From Octopus vulgaris (lineage: Eukaryota), in NCBI GenBank assembly GCA_951406725.2, contig OX597835.1, forward strand, positions 12,090,001-12,154,000: 64,000 bases of DNA. Direction: 5' to 3'. Made by a program: the position numbers and the translations under genes. This document shows positions 13,701 to 27,549 of this stretch, piece after piece; the stretch's first letter is position 1, and every line of letters starts with the position of its first letter. The notes beneath the pieces are model-generated. The model was not told the origin of the DNA and ran no database searches. It saw only the letters and a list, made by a program, of their open reading frames with translations.

Positions 13701-14247
13701 GTGCACACAAATATGTGCGTATGTGTGTGGGTGTGTATGTATGTATGTATGTATGTATGTATGTATGTATGTATGTATGTATGTATGTATGTATGTATGT
13801 ATGTATGTGTGAGAGAGTATGTATGCTATACGCTATTTGAAAACTCCTGATTTACCAAAAGAAAGAAAAATCTATCTTGTTCGTAAGGCGAAAAGAAGAA
13901 AAACCGAACGAAAATAATCTATGGCTAGAAAATATTAAGACATAAGAATTTTTCCATCTTCTTCCTGTTGCCTAGAGAAATATTTGCAGTTTGCTCGCCA
14001 GCATCCTTTTTTATATGATATGAAGTGACTTATATAGGTAGAGAATCACGTAGCTAGCACCAATGAGAATATCAACAACGGATGCTAGTAGTATTGGAGT
14101 TAACACAATCTCAATTTTTTTTATTTTTTTTATTTTATTTCCTTTTACGTATCTGCTGTTTTACCGGAGAGATTTATTCTGTGTCCCTAGGCAAACGAAG
14201 GTAGCCAAAGTATATAAAACTTATTGTCTTAGTTTTATTGTAAAAAA

Positions 14248-14289
<42 letters not shown>

Positions 14290-14305
14290 CCCCACCATTT
14301 ACTGA

Positions 14306-14404
<99 letters not shown>

Positions 14405-14405
14405 G

Positions 14406-14464
<59 letters not shown>

Positions 14465-14467
<3 letters not shown>

Positions 14468-14680
14468 TTATTTGCTTCAGTTGTTTGACTGCAGTCATGC
14501 TGGAGCAACCGCTTTTTAGTCCCAATTGACCCCAAGACATATTCTTTGTAAGCCTAGTACTTATTCTATCGGTCTCTTTGTCGAACCGCTAAGTTACGGG
14601 GACGTAAACGAACAACCAGTGGTTGTCAAGCGATGTCAGTGGCGGGGGGACAAACATAGACATACAAACATACACACATA
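14465..14680 (-). mobile_element. SINE family A, 3' half
   Basis: Homology to the family A 3' module. Confidence 0.8.
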
Positions 14681-15562
14681 ACGTAAACATGAAAATATTT
14701 TATAACCATCATTAATTTTAAAAAATAGGTACCTTACCTAATATATAACAAAAACCATGAGCAACACTAACCAAAAAAAGGTTGATATAAACTAACATGA
14801 ACCTTTCAACACAAGCACTACACTCGAAGCCAAATGCAAACCACACACAACCATCAAAATGAACAAAGAACCTTACAAAAATGCTAATCTCGATTTCGAC
14901 CTCTTTTAGACCAAGTCCTAGCTTCGAGGAGACACTTGGTGGGGGGAGTACTGAAGCACTTGACTATCAGGTGCGAGTAGGACGTGGAGGGATCTGCCTA
15001 AGGAAAGAATTTATTCTATCTACTCAGCTCTTGTAATAGAATTTAGAATCTGAATCCACGATTAGATATAAATAGAATCCACGATATTTCTTCTTCCATT
15101 TTTTCTGGGGTTTTTTTTTATTTTGGTGATTCTGTAGACTATTTTATTCTCAAAAATGCGGAGCATGTTCATAATGGTATCGTTGTTGTTCCACTGGAAT
15201 AACACCCAATAGCTCAGCAATTTTCAGAATAAACGGCATCAAGATCATATTTATTGCATTTATCTCACTTTTACAAGCATAAATCAGCCTGAATTTAGAA
15301 TTGTAACTAAAATGAATTTAGTGTTTGTTAAAAGTGATGTAAGGCGACAGTTTTGCGCGGCGATCCTTACTGCTTTCTATATTTAATCCAGGAACATTTT
15401 TTTAGCGTCTGTGTTAGTCTTTGATGGTTGTATCGTTAATTATTTTTCTGTATATTTTAGACGTGTTGTTTCAGATATTTCCCTTTTTTTATCAGCGAGA
15501 AATCGCAAGTCAGGGGATGCTTTGAAAGGTGTTACATAAGTGACCGACTCCGCCCTCAAATT

Positions 15563-15692
15563 ATAATAATCCTTCCTACAAAAGACACAAGGCCCGAAAT
15601 TTTATGGGAGGGGACTAGTCGACTACATTTTATTGACCCTGAAAGGATGAAAGGCAAAGTCGACCTCGGCGTAATTTGAACTCAGAACGTAA
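15563..15692 (-). mobile_element. SINE family B, partial monomer
   Basis: gaaaggatgaaaggcaaagtcgacctcggc...tttgaactcagaacgt. Confidence 0.85.
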
Positions 15693-15729
15693 AAAATGGG
15701 AACAGTAATTGTATCTTTGGCTCCATCAT

Positions 15730-16900
15730 TGTTTATAACAGAAATATCACAGATTAATCCATTAGAAATGCAGTGCTACTGTTATCAACTGGCATCGCAA
15801 TATAAAGAACAACGCAGCCTACACCTCGTTAGATATCGTGGATTCCTATCCTTTCATTTCAAAAATCTCACTTCTTTAGAAAAATCCCTTAACGTCAGGG
15901 TATAATTCACTCAGTATTAGGATTTTCATGAAAATAAATAATTTACTGCTACACCAAGATGTCTCAAACTAGGTCAAAACCGGAGATGACGTTGTTTGAT
16001 GTCTCCGTACCGAACTACAACGGTGCTGAGATAACAGCCCTCGCTGGAGGCCCGCAAAAGTTATGTTAGTTAGTTAGTTAGTTAATTTGACTCAAAAGCA
16101 AATAGCAAGGCCATGTAGGGCGACATGGAGTTAAGTACAGGGTGGTGTTCATGTAAAGAGTTCAGGCCACTTTAGGTCCAGGGAGGCTTTGAACAAAGCG
16201 GTCGTCGGCATCTTCACCATCTCGTCTGGCAGCTTGTTCCACGGATCCGCAACCCGGACGGAGAAAGCTCCTCTCCTTCGATTGAGATGAAATCGTCGCA
16301 TGTAGAGCTTTTCGGAATGACCCCGCAGCCGACGCTCCGGAGCAGGAGTGAAGAACAGCTCTTTCGAGAAGTTACACTTCCCGCTTATGATGTTGTGGGC
16401 GAGAATGAGATCACCACGGCGGCGGCGTTTTTCAAGAGAATAAAGGTCGAGCGTTCTCAGCCTTTCTTCGTAGGACAAATTTTTGAGACCATGAACCATG
16501 CGGGTAGCCAGCCTCTGGACTCTTTCGAGGTGCTGTATATCTTTGAGGAGGTCATCCCACATCTCAGATTTGTACAGCGACGATGGCTTGGCGAATCCTG
16601 AATATTATGAATGGTAACATCACAATTACATCGAAGCAGAAGATAATAAACAAAATGCTCAAGGTGATTGGCTTAAACGTAATTATCACCACCAATTTAA
16701 CCGCAAACATCTTCTTGGACATTACATGCAACGGGAAGTAATTGCTGCCTCTGTAGAAAGGAAAGTTTTAAACATATTTCTACATAGTAATTCCAATTAC
16801 TGCCAGCTATTAATTAGATATTGAGTAGCTACTATCATGAACTTACGACTTATCTAAATTGATCACAGAGCCATTGAAAGCAGTTTTATTACTATTCTTT
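15730..16900 (+). pseudogene. Penelope-like element reverse transcriptase relic, interrupted by a CR1 fragment
   Basis: Motifs in the expected order across frameshifts: TVINWHRNIKN, SLDIVDSYP, LFDVSVPNYNGAEI (cf. FDVTMGSYDGAE), LYSDDGLA (cf. GLYRDDGL), KVIGLNVIITTNLTANIFLDIT, FLHSNSNY. Confidence 0.8.
16066..16553 (-). mobile_element. 5'-truncated CR1-clade LINE (RT C-terminus, 3' UTR, (AACT)n tail)
   Basis: LKDIQHLERVQRLATRMV..LSYEERLRTLDLYSLEKRRRRGDLI...RLRGHSEKL...FSVRVADPWNKLP. Frame open for about 130 codons. Confidence 0.92.
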
Positions 16901-17319
16901 CCTGAGGTGGAGATTATTGTGGATGAGTTTGATCGAAATGCTGTACATGTGCACTTTTCCTGTCGAACAAGCTACGACAAGCTCTGAGTTCTTTGTTCGA
17001 ATATTATCAAAAAATCTATATTCTGCATTTTTATATGAGAGGCAAAATTATCGACGTCGACCCCTTTATTACTGTCTTTCCTCAGCAGCGATGTCAATCT
17101 ACGCTTCAAACACGCATATACACACGCATATACACACGCATATACACACACATATACACAAAAATGCGAGAGTGAGTTTTGTGTGTATGTGTGTGTGTTC
17201 GTAATTCTCTGTAAAGCTTCCTTGTATCATGAACAAAGAAAGTTTTAACTCTCACCCCTTCAGAAAAGACAGGTTAATGTTGTTCACTGAGTGTGCATAT
17301 GTATACACAAATACACATA

Positions 17320-17636
17320 CACACACGCGCGCGCACGCACACACACACACACACAAACACGCACACACGCATGCACACACACACACGCACACACACAATC
17401 GCATGCACAGACATGCGCGCACATTCACGCATGCACTCATACGCACACACACACACACACGCAAAACGCACACACACACACACACACGCACGCACGCACA
17501 CACACACAAACACGCACACACACACACACACGCACGCACACACACAATCGCATGCACACACATGCGTGCACATTCACGCATGCACTCATACGCACACACA
17601 CACACACACACGCGCGCGCACACGCATACACACACA
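17320..17636. repeat. (CA)-rich tract with ~150-bp higher-order duplication
   Basis: acaatcgcatgcaca.acatgcg.gcacattcacgcatgcactcatacgca occurs at about 17395 and 17544. Confidence 0.9.
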
Positions 17637-17889
17637 TGCTTTTAATTGTTTTATTGTTTTATTTTTTTACTTGTATTCAGCCATTTGACTGTGGCCATGC
17701 TGGGGGCCACACCCTTATTCCTTCCGTATGATAACAATCCCCCACCCACGCACTTTCACTACACAGGATATTTATCAATAAATGTCTATTTTTCTCGCTT
17801 CTTACTCTTACTGCTCTGCCCTCTCATCCCTCTTGCTTTCTTCAAACGTATCCTGACCAACACTTTAAAACTTTAGAAAATATCCACAT

Positions 17890-18299
17890 AGGCGCAGGAG
17901 TGGCTGTGTGGTAAGTAGCTTGCTTACCAACCACATGGTTCCGGGTTCAGTCCCACTGCGTCGCACCTTGGGCGAGTGTCTTCTACTATAGCCTCGGGCT
18001 GACCAAAGCCTTGTGAGTGGATTTGGTAGACGGAAACTGAAAGAAGCCCGTCGTATATATGTATATATATATGAGTGTGTGTGTGTGTATCTGTGTTTGT
18101 CCCCCTAGTATTGCTTGACAACCGATGCTGGTGTGTTTATGTCCCCGTTACCTAGCGGTTCGGCAAAAGAGACCGATAAAATAAGTACTGGGCTTACAAA
18201 AGAATAAGTCCCGGGGTCGAGTTGCTCGATTAAAGGTGGTGCTCCAGCATGGCCACAGTCAAATGACTGAGACAAGTAAAAGAGTAAAAGAGTAAGAGT
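17890..18299 (+). mobile_element. SINE family A, full length
   Basis: Complete copy; possible imperfect TSD tat(c/g)cacat. Confidence 0.93.
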
Positions 18300-18994
18300 A
18301 TATGCACATTCTGACGCATTTCTATCCGTTCTTCGACACATCTCAGATATAATTAGATCAATTCCTAGTGAAACCATACGTTTCCAAAACGTCAGTAGTT
18401 CTTCTACTGCAACATCATAAAAGAGATATAGAAAGAATTTTAATTAATTCTGATCCTCCAGAATGTCATATTTTAATGCTTTACACAAGTAGGTGTTATA
18501 TGCCAATTCTAGAGACTATCATCAAGTTTATGTTATCTGGTCATCATAATTGAAAGCCAAATATGGATGCAGAGTAACATAAAATAAATCCGAAAATTCA
18601 TAAATACACCGATTATAATTTATATCCAGTTTCCATGCAATATCAGGTCGTTTTTCTTTCATGTTTCTTCTTTCCAAGATGCATTAGTAAAGAATACATG
18701 TTGTGTTTTCGTTTTTGTATCCTATTTTGTGTTTCCATGAATATGCTGGCACCGATAATAAATATACTGGCAGGTACATATATTTAGCAACATGGCGGCA
18801 TTTCACTTCCCTTATTATTTTTTTTTTTGTCATTTTCTGTTTGTCGTCCTTTCTTCCAGTTTCTATCTATCTATCTATCTATCTATCTATTTATTTATCT
18901 GTCTATCTCATTCCTAATGGAAATAATCTTTTAGGAGACATGGGTAGTTTTCAGAATTAATACGAAACTAAGAAGTTATACATATTGAATTTGT

Positions 18995-19076
18995 ATATAA
19001 GTCTTCTCATACACGTTTATAACTATTTAATGTGATATAAGTCTTCTCATACACGTATATAACTATTTAATGTGAT
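18995..19076. repeat. 40-bp tandem duplication
   Basis: atataagtcttctcatacacgt(t/a)tataactatttaatgtg twice. Confidence 0.9.
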
Positions 19077-19494
19077 GCAGACACATGCAATTTTGAACCC
19101 GGATTTATTTATTTCACAGTGAAATCAAAACAACGTACTGTATGAAGAACGATACACGACTGCGAGAGATAAATTGAATAGATTTAGTGAAAATCTTCAA
19201 CACGTGATTCGTAAATAGCATTATCAAAATGTTATCGTGAACAGTAGTAATAAACGGCTGAATAAAATATGAAAGACCACAAGGCTATGGGATACATACT
19301 GAGAGTGTTATTAAGTAGTTCTCCGACGAAGAATGTACAGCTGATAAGAAAAGTAGTCGTCGGGAAAAAAAGATTAATGAACACAGAAACACGAGGCATT
19401 CTGAAGAAGTTAGGTTACGGAAGCTAAATAATTTTCTTTATCATGTGCAGACTCAAACATGCACTCTATGTCGCGTACGACGGTGATGATGAGG

Positions 19495-20285
19495 AGGCGG
19501 CGAGTTGGCTGAAGCGTTAGCACGCTGAGGGAAATGCTTCGTGGTATTTCCTCTGCCGTTACGTTGTGAGTTCAAATTCCGCCGAGGTCGACTTTGCCTT
19601 TCATCCTTTCGCTGGGGTCGATAAATTAAGTACCAGTTACGCACTGGGGTCGATGTAATCGACTTAATACCTATGTCTGTCCTTGTTTGTCCTCTCTGTG
19701 TTTAGCCCCTTGTGGGTAGTAAAGAAAGAGGTATTTCGTCTGCCGTTACGTTGTGAGTTCAAATTCCGCCGAGGTCGACTTTGCCTTTCATCCTTTCGGG
19801 GGTCGATAAATTAAGTACCAGTTACGCACTGGGGTCGATGTAATCGACTTAATACCTATGTCTGTCCTTGTTTGTCCCCTCTGTGTTTAGCCCCTTGTGG
19901 GTAATAAAGAAATAGGTATTTCCTCTGCGTTACGTTGTGAGTTCAAATTCCGCCGATGTCGACTTTGCCTTTCATCCTTTCGCTGGGGTCGATAAATTAA
20001 GTACCAGTTACGCACTGGGGTCGATGTAATCGACTTAATACCTATGTCTGTCCTTGTTTGTCCCCTCTGTGTTTAGCCCCTTGTGGGTAATAAAGAAATA
20101 GGTATTTCCTCTGCGTTACGTTGTGAGTTCAAATTCCGCCGAGGTCGACTTTGCCTTTCATCCTTTCGGGGGTCGATAAATTAAGTACCAGTTACGCACT
20201 GGGGGTCGATGTAATCGACTTAATACCTATGTCTGTCCTTGTTTGTCCCCTCTGTGTTTAGCCCCTTGAGGGTAGTAAAGAAATA
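19495..20285 (+). mobile_element. SINE family B: head plus 4 tandem ~186-bp units with tail X
   Basis: Units start at 19543, 19730, 19915 and 20101. Flanked by ggt(g/a)atgatgaggagg at 19482-19497 and 20286-20301. Confidence 0.92.
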
Positions 20286-21791
20286 GGTAATGATGAGGAG
20301 GAGGAGGAAAAGGAAGAAGACTGGAGAATGGGGCGGTTTGGTAGGAGGAGAGAAACGGAGCGGAGGGGGAGAGTGTAGAAAAGATAGGGTAGATGAAAAG
20401 GTGGCGTGAAGGAGGAGGGGGTCGTAGTGATTTTTAGTGTAGAAGAGCAAGTTACTGCATGACACACATGTGAAGTCTTCGGATAGAGCAAGGTCTCAGC
20501 GCGATGGAAACGGGACTTGGAGGTGGAATGCCACAGTGAATAGATTTTTAAAAGTTAAAAGTGAGGCCTAGAAAGATTAGACAAAAGTGGAATTTGACTG
20601 ACTTCCGCTGCATTTAGCAAAGACAGAAGCTGAAAAGAGAAAAGGTTTCAGTTTTTATGTGATGTAAGAAGCAAAAGCTACAAGTGTTCCGAATAGTAAA
20701 GCAGCGTGTAAAGAAACGGTAGAGGTACGGCTCTTTCCGACACCCAGAAAAAGGAGACATAGAAGGGCATAGATATAAGAGGATTCCGAGGGAGAAGAAT
20801 GCTTGGAATAAAGGGAGGGAGAGAGAAACTACTCCACTCCGAGCAAACCCATTAAAGGAACAAGTTATTGAGTTATAGTGAAAATGGTGATACGAAGACG
20901 GAAATTAGCTAAATTTTCAGAGATAGTTGCTGAGATGGTGAAAATATCCGGCGAATTTGTGCACGCGCTTGTGGTATAGTCAGTCTAGGAGTACATGGAG
21001 GTAACACATTCATATTTGGTAGGAGCGGAGATGTAGTCGATACTTATATACAAAGGAAAGAGATGAGAAGACACGCAATCACAAACGTTCACAAATACAA
21101 CTAGATCTAGCGAGTATCATTCACTTATTATGGTGTTCGTCCCTGTTTTGTTGTCGAAACTGAACATTTTAATTAACTTTCAATTGCCAATATTCTTGTC
21201 AGTAATATCTAATAGTTTCCCTGTGAGTGTTTGTTTAATTGTTGTTTGAATTCACATAAAAAAAAACTTATTTATTCTAGTGAATCAACTACAAATCAAT
21301 AACTTGCAATGATTGATCTGTCACACATCAAAAGAAACCAGATTCATTTCGATATTTACATACTCATAATCTCGAATGCTGAGCCGCCGCAAGCACTCAC
21401 AAAGGTTCGATATTTTAGTCCGAGAAGAAGAGCAGTGCCTATGGCCTATTCAAATGGAAAAGGTCGATATGATTGATCTTCGGCTCGATATTTTGCAGGT
21501 TGAGTGCTCTTGGAAAACCGCTGCAATTGCACGTTGCCTCGATGAAATATCAGTTGAGGCATTTAAACACATGAGATATCATTAAAATATATTAGGTGGC
21601 CTTTTTTTTATAATTTTTTAATGGAAGCTTACGTAGCAGATAATCCGTCTTGTTACGAGAGGAGTGGTTAAGTTCAAGTAAAACTTTTACAATGAAAAAA
21701 AAATGGCAAGAAGTGTCTGTAGGTGGGTTTTTTTTTCTAATATATATTTACATGACGGCAGTGCATGGAGATCTACGTTAATTCTGTATAG

Positions 21792-22345
21792 GTATGTATG
21801 TATGCATGTATGTATGTATGTATGTATGTATGTTTGTATGTATGTTTGTTTGTATGTATGTATGTATGAATGAATGAATGAATGAATGTATGTATGTATG
21901 TATGTATGTATGTATGTATGAATGTATGTATGTATGTATGTATGTATGTATGTATGTATGTATGAATGAATGAATGAATGAATGTATGTATGTATGTATG
22001 TATGTATGTATGTATGTATGTATGTATGTATGTATGTATGTATGTATGTATGCATGTATGTATGTATGTATGTATGTATGTATGAATGTATGTATGTTAT
22101 GATGTATGTATGAATGTGTGGATGTATATATGTATGCATGGATGGATGGATGGATGGATGGATGGATGGATGTACGTATGAATGTATGGATGTATGTATG
22201 TATGCATGTATGTATGTATGTATGAATGAATGTGTGGATGTATATATGTATGTATGTATGGATGGATGGATGGATGGATGGATGGATGTACGTATGAATG
22301 TATGGATGTATGTATGAATATATGTATGTATTATGTATGTACGTA
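21792..22345. repeat. compound (TATG)/(TGAA)/(TGGA)n microsatellite
   Basis: Direct reading. Confidence 0.97.
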
Positions 22346-22561
22346 TGTGTGAAGTGGGGGTAAATTTTTAACATAAGCAAAAAAGTATCGAGTTTATGTA
22401 TAGTTTCATTATATTGATTCCAGTGTCTGACTGGTACATTATTGAGCCTGGAATGATGAAAGGCAAATGTAACCACGTTTGGATTCGAACTCAGAATGAC
22501 TAGTGTCGCAGCTAAGAACTACAAGCTATTTCGTTCGATTTTCCGTCGATTCTCCTCTTAA

Positions 22562-22781
22562 ATATTCTTTTCTAATCTAGGCACAAGGTCCGAAATTTTG
22601 GGGGAGGGGGCCAGTCGATTAGATCAATCCCAGCACGCAATTGGTACTTAATTTATCGACCCCGAAAGGATGAAAGGCAAAGTCGACTTCGATGGTATTT
22701 GAACTCAGAACGTAAATACAGAGGAAATGCCGATAAGTATTTCGCACAGGCGTGCTAACGTTTCTGTTAGCTCGCCGCCTT
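22562..22781 (-). mobile_element. SINE family B monomer (tail Y)
   Basis: Head aggcggcgagct, B box gagttcaaat, body gtcgactttgcctttcatcctttcggggtcgataaa (Meta-domain-like, from memory), tail ccttgtgcctag...agaaaagaatatt. Confidence 0.9.
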
Positions 22782-22790
22782 GAAATAGTT

Positions 22791-23579
22791 ATATTCTTTT
22801 CTACACTAGGTACAAGGCCCGAAATTTTGGAGGGGGCAGGGGCCAGTGGATTAGACAGACCGCAGTAAGCAACTGGTACTTAATATATCGACCCCGAAAG
22901 AATAAAAGATAAAGTCGACCTCGGTGGAATTTGAACTCAGAACGTAAAAACAGACGAAATACCGCTAACGGCGAGCTAACGTTTCTTATTTCTTTATTGC
23001 CCACAAGGGGCTAAAAATAGAGGGGACAAACATGGACAGACAAAGGAATTAAGTCGATTACATCGACCTCAGTGCGTAACTGGTACTTGATTTATCGACT
23101 CCGAAAAGATGAAAGGCAAAGTCGACCTCGGCGGAATTTGAACTCAGAACGTAGCGGCAGACGAAATACTTATTTCTTTACTAACCACAAGGGGATAAAC
23201 ACAGAGGGGACAAACAAGGACAGACGAACGGATTAAGTCGATTACATCGACCTCAGTGCGTAACTGGTACTTGATTTATCGACTCCGAAAGGATGAAAGG
23301 CAAAGTCGACCTCGGCGGAATTTGAACTCAGAACGTAGCGGCAGACGAAATACCTATTTCTTTACTACCCACAAGGGGCTAAACACAGAGGGGACAAACA
23401 AGGACAGACGAACGGATTAAGTCGATTATATCGACCCCAATGCGTAACTGGTATTTATTTAATCGACCCCGAAAGTATGAAAGGCAAAGTCGACCTCGGC
23501 GGAATTTGAACTCAGAACGTAACGGCAGACGAAATACCGCTAAGCCCGGGTGCTAACGTTTCTGCCAGCTCGCCGCCTT
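22791..23579 (-). mobile_element. SINE family B: head plus 3 tail-X units joined to a tail-Y monomer
   Basis: Tail-X units at about 22987-23170, 23171-23354 and 23355-23538; host monomer at 22791-22986. Confidence 0.9.
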
Positions 23580-24663
23580 GCTCCTCGTACATATTAAATA
23601 TAGACGTGGTAGAATAGACACTGGGCAAAGTAATTAGCGTATTCCGTGCATATTTATGTTATAAGTTCAAATTCGGCCGGGGTTGACTTTGTATTTTGTC
23701 TTTTTGGAGTCGATAAAATAAGTACCATTTGAGCTCTGTTGCCGATGTAATTGACTCACCTCTCCCTCGAAAGTACTGGCCTTGTACCAAAATTTGAAAT
23801 CAATATTAAATACAAACATGATTTACACCAAAAAAAAAATACTCACAAATAAAATGAAGTAAAAATATTCACATGTTTTTAAATGATTCTCCGGATATTA
23901 ATTCGTATTTCTACCGATTCCTCATTTCAAATGGAACAAGGCTACAATCTGTTATCAGTAGAGAGTTCAAAGGAAGAACTGAAAGGTGTTTATTGATTAT
24001 AATCAGACAGGTAAAACCGAAAAAAAAAATCGATATATCTTTCTGACTTTATGAGCTGTGCAACACTTTTAGGAAAATCCACGAATGTCTAGGTTTTGCA
24101 TGCAGGTATTTTAATATGTATATGCTGTATATGTTCTCATTTGTCTTTCCACGTTAGCCATTGACACCGATTCTTCAAACAGGAGACACACGTCACGTCC
24201 TGTCTTGGTTGTTTTGACAACCATATCCAGTGCTTGTACTTCTACACGTACATCTGGCGGCATTCACCCGGGTTTGGTTGAGTCAGCTCCGACGAACGAG
24301 TTCTCAACGTTTCTCACAAAAGCTGATGACATCCGACGGTTGGCAACAGTCGATGACATTCTTGAAGCGTAGAGTTCATGTTCGGAGTTTCAGCGGGAGC
24401 GCACGTTCACATGTGGTTGCCGGTCGCATACATACACGCTTTGGGATAGTGTGATCCGTAGCAGCCCATCTCGCTTTCGATTGTCGATTGCCCCCCCTCC
24501 CTGAACGGAATGCCGATCCGTTACACTTACAGCTCAGTCTACTAGGCCAAGGGGAAATAAAGCATTTTGTTGCAGCCCACCTCGCACATCAGTATGCAAA
24601 TCAAAACTGCCATTTTGCCATCAGAGCACGCCTTAACCACTAGGCCACGTCTCTATATATTTT

Positions 24664-24726
<63 letters not shown>

Positions 24727-24831
24727 TTGCGTGTGTAAATATATATATATACACAAACATACATATATGCATGCATATATATACATACATATACACATAG
24801 AGACACGCACAGGCACATACATATATTTACA

Positions 24832-24863
<32 letters not shown>

Positions 24864-24911
24864 CACTCACAAACATACACTCACACACACACATATATAT
24901 ATATAATATGT

Positions 24912-24953
<42 letters not shown>

Positions 24954-26453
24954 GTGTGTGTTTTCACTGTCTTGTTTTTGTTACCAACTTTGACCCTCCG
25001 CAAAATCCCCAATTTTATTTAATTTGCTTTGCGTGAGCAACTTTTATGTCGAAAACGTATCTTGTTGTGAAATGCTCGCAACACGAAGTAGAAAAACAGC
25101 CAACAACTGATGAAGGATCGTTGTTTCGTGTTGCTTGTCTTGTTTTCCGTTTGTTTCTTTCGTTGTTCGCAAAAAAAAAGTTCGTATTCCATTTTGTCGT
25201 ATTTCGTATTTCGTGTTTTGTTCGCATTTCATGTTTATTTCATGTTGTTTACGTTTCGTGGTATCCTGTGCCCATATATGCATGTATATACAAATATATG
25301 TATGTACACATATATATATACATGTGTACATATATATTTATATATCATTTACATTATATATATATATATATATATATACATACATACACACACACGCATA
25401 TACACAAACACACATACGCATATGCGTGTGTGTGTGTGTGTTATTATTTGCTAAGTTATTATTGAAGCAATCAGACAATTGAAATGTTATTAAATTGCTT
25501 ATTTTCTTTGACTCTGGTTTATGCTTTTATCTCATGCGTGTATACGATTCTTTCCCAAGATTTTTTTAAACTCAATTTTCACATCAAACAGTCAATCGTG
25601 TGTTTTGGTTCTTTCAGTACAAAGCAGTACCGTTTTTGCTAGCACTTCCCGTTCACAAGTTAAATATTTCATACAGAAGTTTTGGATTTTACCATTCCTT
25701 ATTCGATTTCAGTTATTGTATTTTAGAAACGCCTCGGCTACATTTTGAGTCGATATGAACTTTGTGTCGATTATTCACACGTAATTTTTTTATTTATTTA
25801 TATATTTTGTCCTTTATATACATTGAACTATCTCACCCTTGCAAACTATTTCGTATTTCATACACACATCCCTGCCCCCAAGATATTTTTTATATCACCT
25901 TTGCAATGTGTGTCGCAATATATTTACTTAGTTCTTGTAGAATCAAAGTAGTTTCGTATTTTTCAAAGAAACGCAGTCACTTTTGAAATACTAGAATCGT
26001 TGCTTTTTATCAAGGATCATCTAATAAAAGCGCTCCAAGAGCTGCGCCTTTAAACTCATTTTTATCTGCTTCGACCAACTTGAGTACACCTCGGTCACTG
26101 CGCTCTTCTATCACATATCAAGGTCACCAGCTATGATGTCCGCCTCTTCAAGTACTTTATCTTCCCTTCTAGATTCTCCATATAAGTTCTTTGCTATCAA
26201 TTATATTGTTTTGTATGTCTTCTAACCTTACTGGCAACTAAAGTAAATGTTGTTGCTGCTATTGTTGTTGGTATTTAAGGCAGTGAGCTGGCAAAATCGT
26301 TAACAAAAAAGGTCCCTGAATAAGGCTTGTTGTGATCTGTTCTCCTTTCGATTTCTATAAGGTATCACGTAACAACTTCCTTTCATCGTTTTCGCGAGCA
26401 GTCATCTCTGCTCTCACAAAATAGCCATAGTTCTTTACTGTATATACAAAACC

Positions 26454-26866
26454 AGGCGCAGGAGTGGCTGTGTGGTAAGTAGCTTGCTAACCAACCACAT
26501 GGTTCCGGGTTCAGTCCCACTGCGTGTCTTCTGCTATAACCCCGGGCCGACCAATGCCTTGTGAGTGGATTTGGTAGACGGAAACTGAAAGAAGCCTGTC
26601 GTATATATATGTATATATATATATATAGATGTATGTGTGTGTTTGTGTGTCTGTGTTTGTCCCCCTAGTATTGCTTGACAACCGATGCTGGTGTGTTTAC
26701 GTCCCCGTCACTTAGCGGTTCGGCAAAAGAGACCGATAGAATAAGTACTGGGCTTACAAAAGAATAAGTCCCGGGGTCGATTTGCTCGACTAAAGGTGGT
26801 GCTCCAGCATGGCCACTGTCAAATGACAGAAACAAGTAAAAGAGTAAAAGAGTAAAAGAGTAAAAG
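26454..26866 (+). mobile_element. SINE family A, near full length
   Basis: Complete except for a small deletion in the CORE-like segment. Confidence 0.93.
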
Positions 26867-27446
26867 AGAGAGTAACCAAATCGTTGACAAGAATTCCTGT
26901 GATTTATTGGAACAATTCTAAAATGCCTCCACTCTTTTAGGGGTTTCTGGCTCAACTGGAGCAATTCTGACACAATATGAACTTTAGTCTCATCCGCATC
27001 GTCGCATCATTTACATTTGAATGAAAACTCCTGCTTATCTATTAACCCTTCTTCTTAATTAACCCTTGGAACCGGTTCCTGTGCTGCTAAACCCATCCCT
27101 TTGGGGGTCTTTCTTCAATACTCTTTTCTTTAAACCAGAACCATTTGTCTTTCTCATCCCTCATCTCGTTTTTATCTTTTTGAAAAAAAATTGAATGAAA
27201 TTTCTTTCCTTCAAATGTTCGCTTCCATTACTAAGGTAAATTTTCCCAAATTTATCTTAGTTTTTTTTTGTAATAGTGGTGGTGATAGGTGGGGTCTCTC
27301 TCTTACCTCTGTAAATAGCCCTTCACTTATCATTTCATTTAGAACTTATCGACAGAAACAGATTTTTTTTAAAAAAAGTTCTACTACCTTTTCATCACTG
27401 ATTAAATTATTTTCTGTTTTCTCTATGACTAAAGTTCTTTCCTTTA

Positions 27447-27465
27447 TAATTATCATTATTATTAC

Positions 27466-27549
<84 letters not shown>

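Noticed and set aside
13970-14060. MADF-like or exon-like stretch (LEKYLQFARQHPFLYD)
   Set aside because: Stops follow immediately and it is too short to support.
20300-21070. Purine-rich block as a coding region or LINE 5' part
   Set aside because: No open frame or recognisable motif found.
25100-25200. CTGATGA as a hammerhead core
   Set aside because: No downstream stem II or GAAA; at most a Penelope-type fragment.
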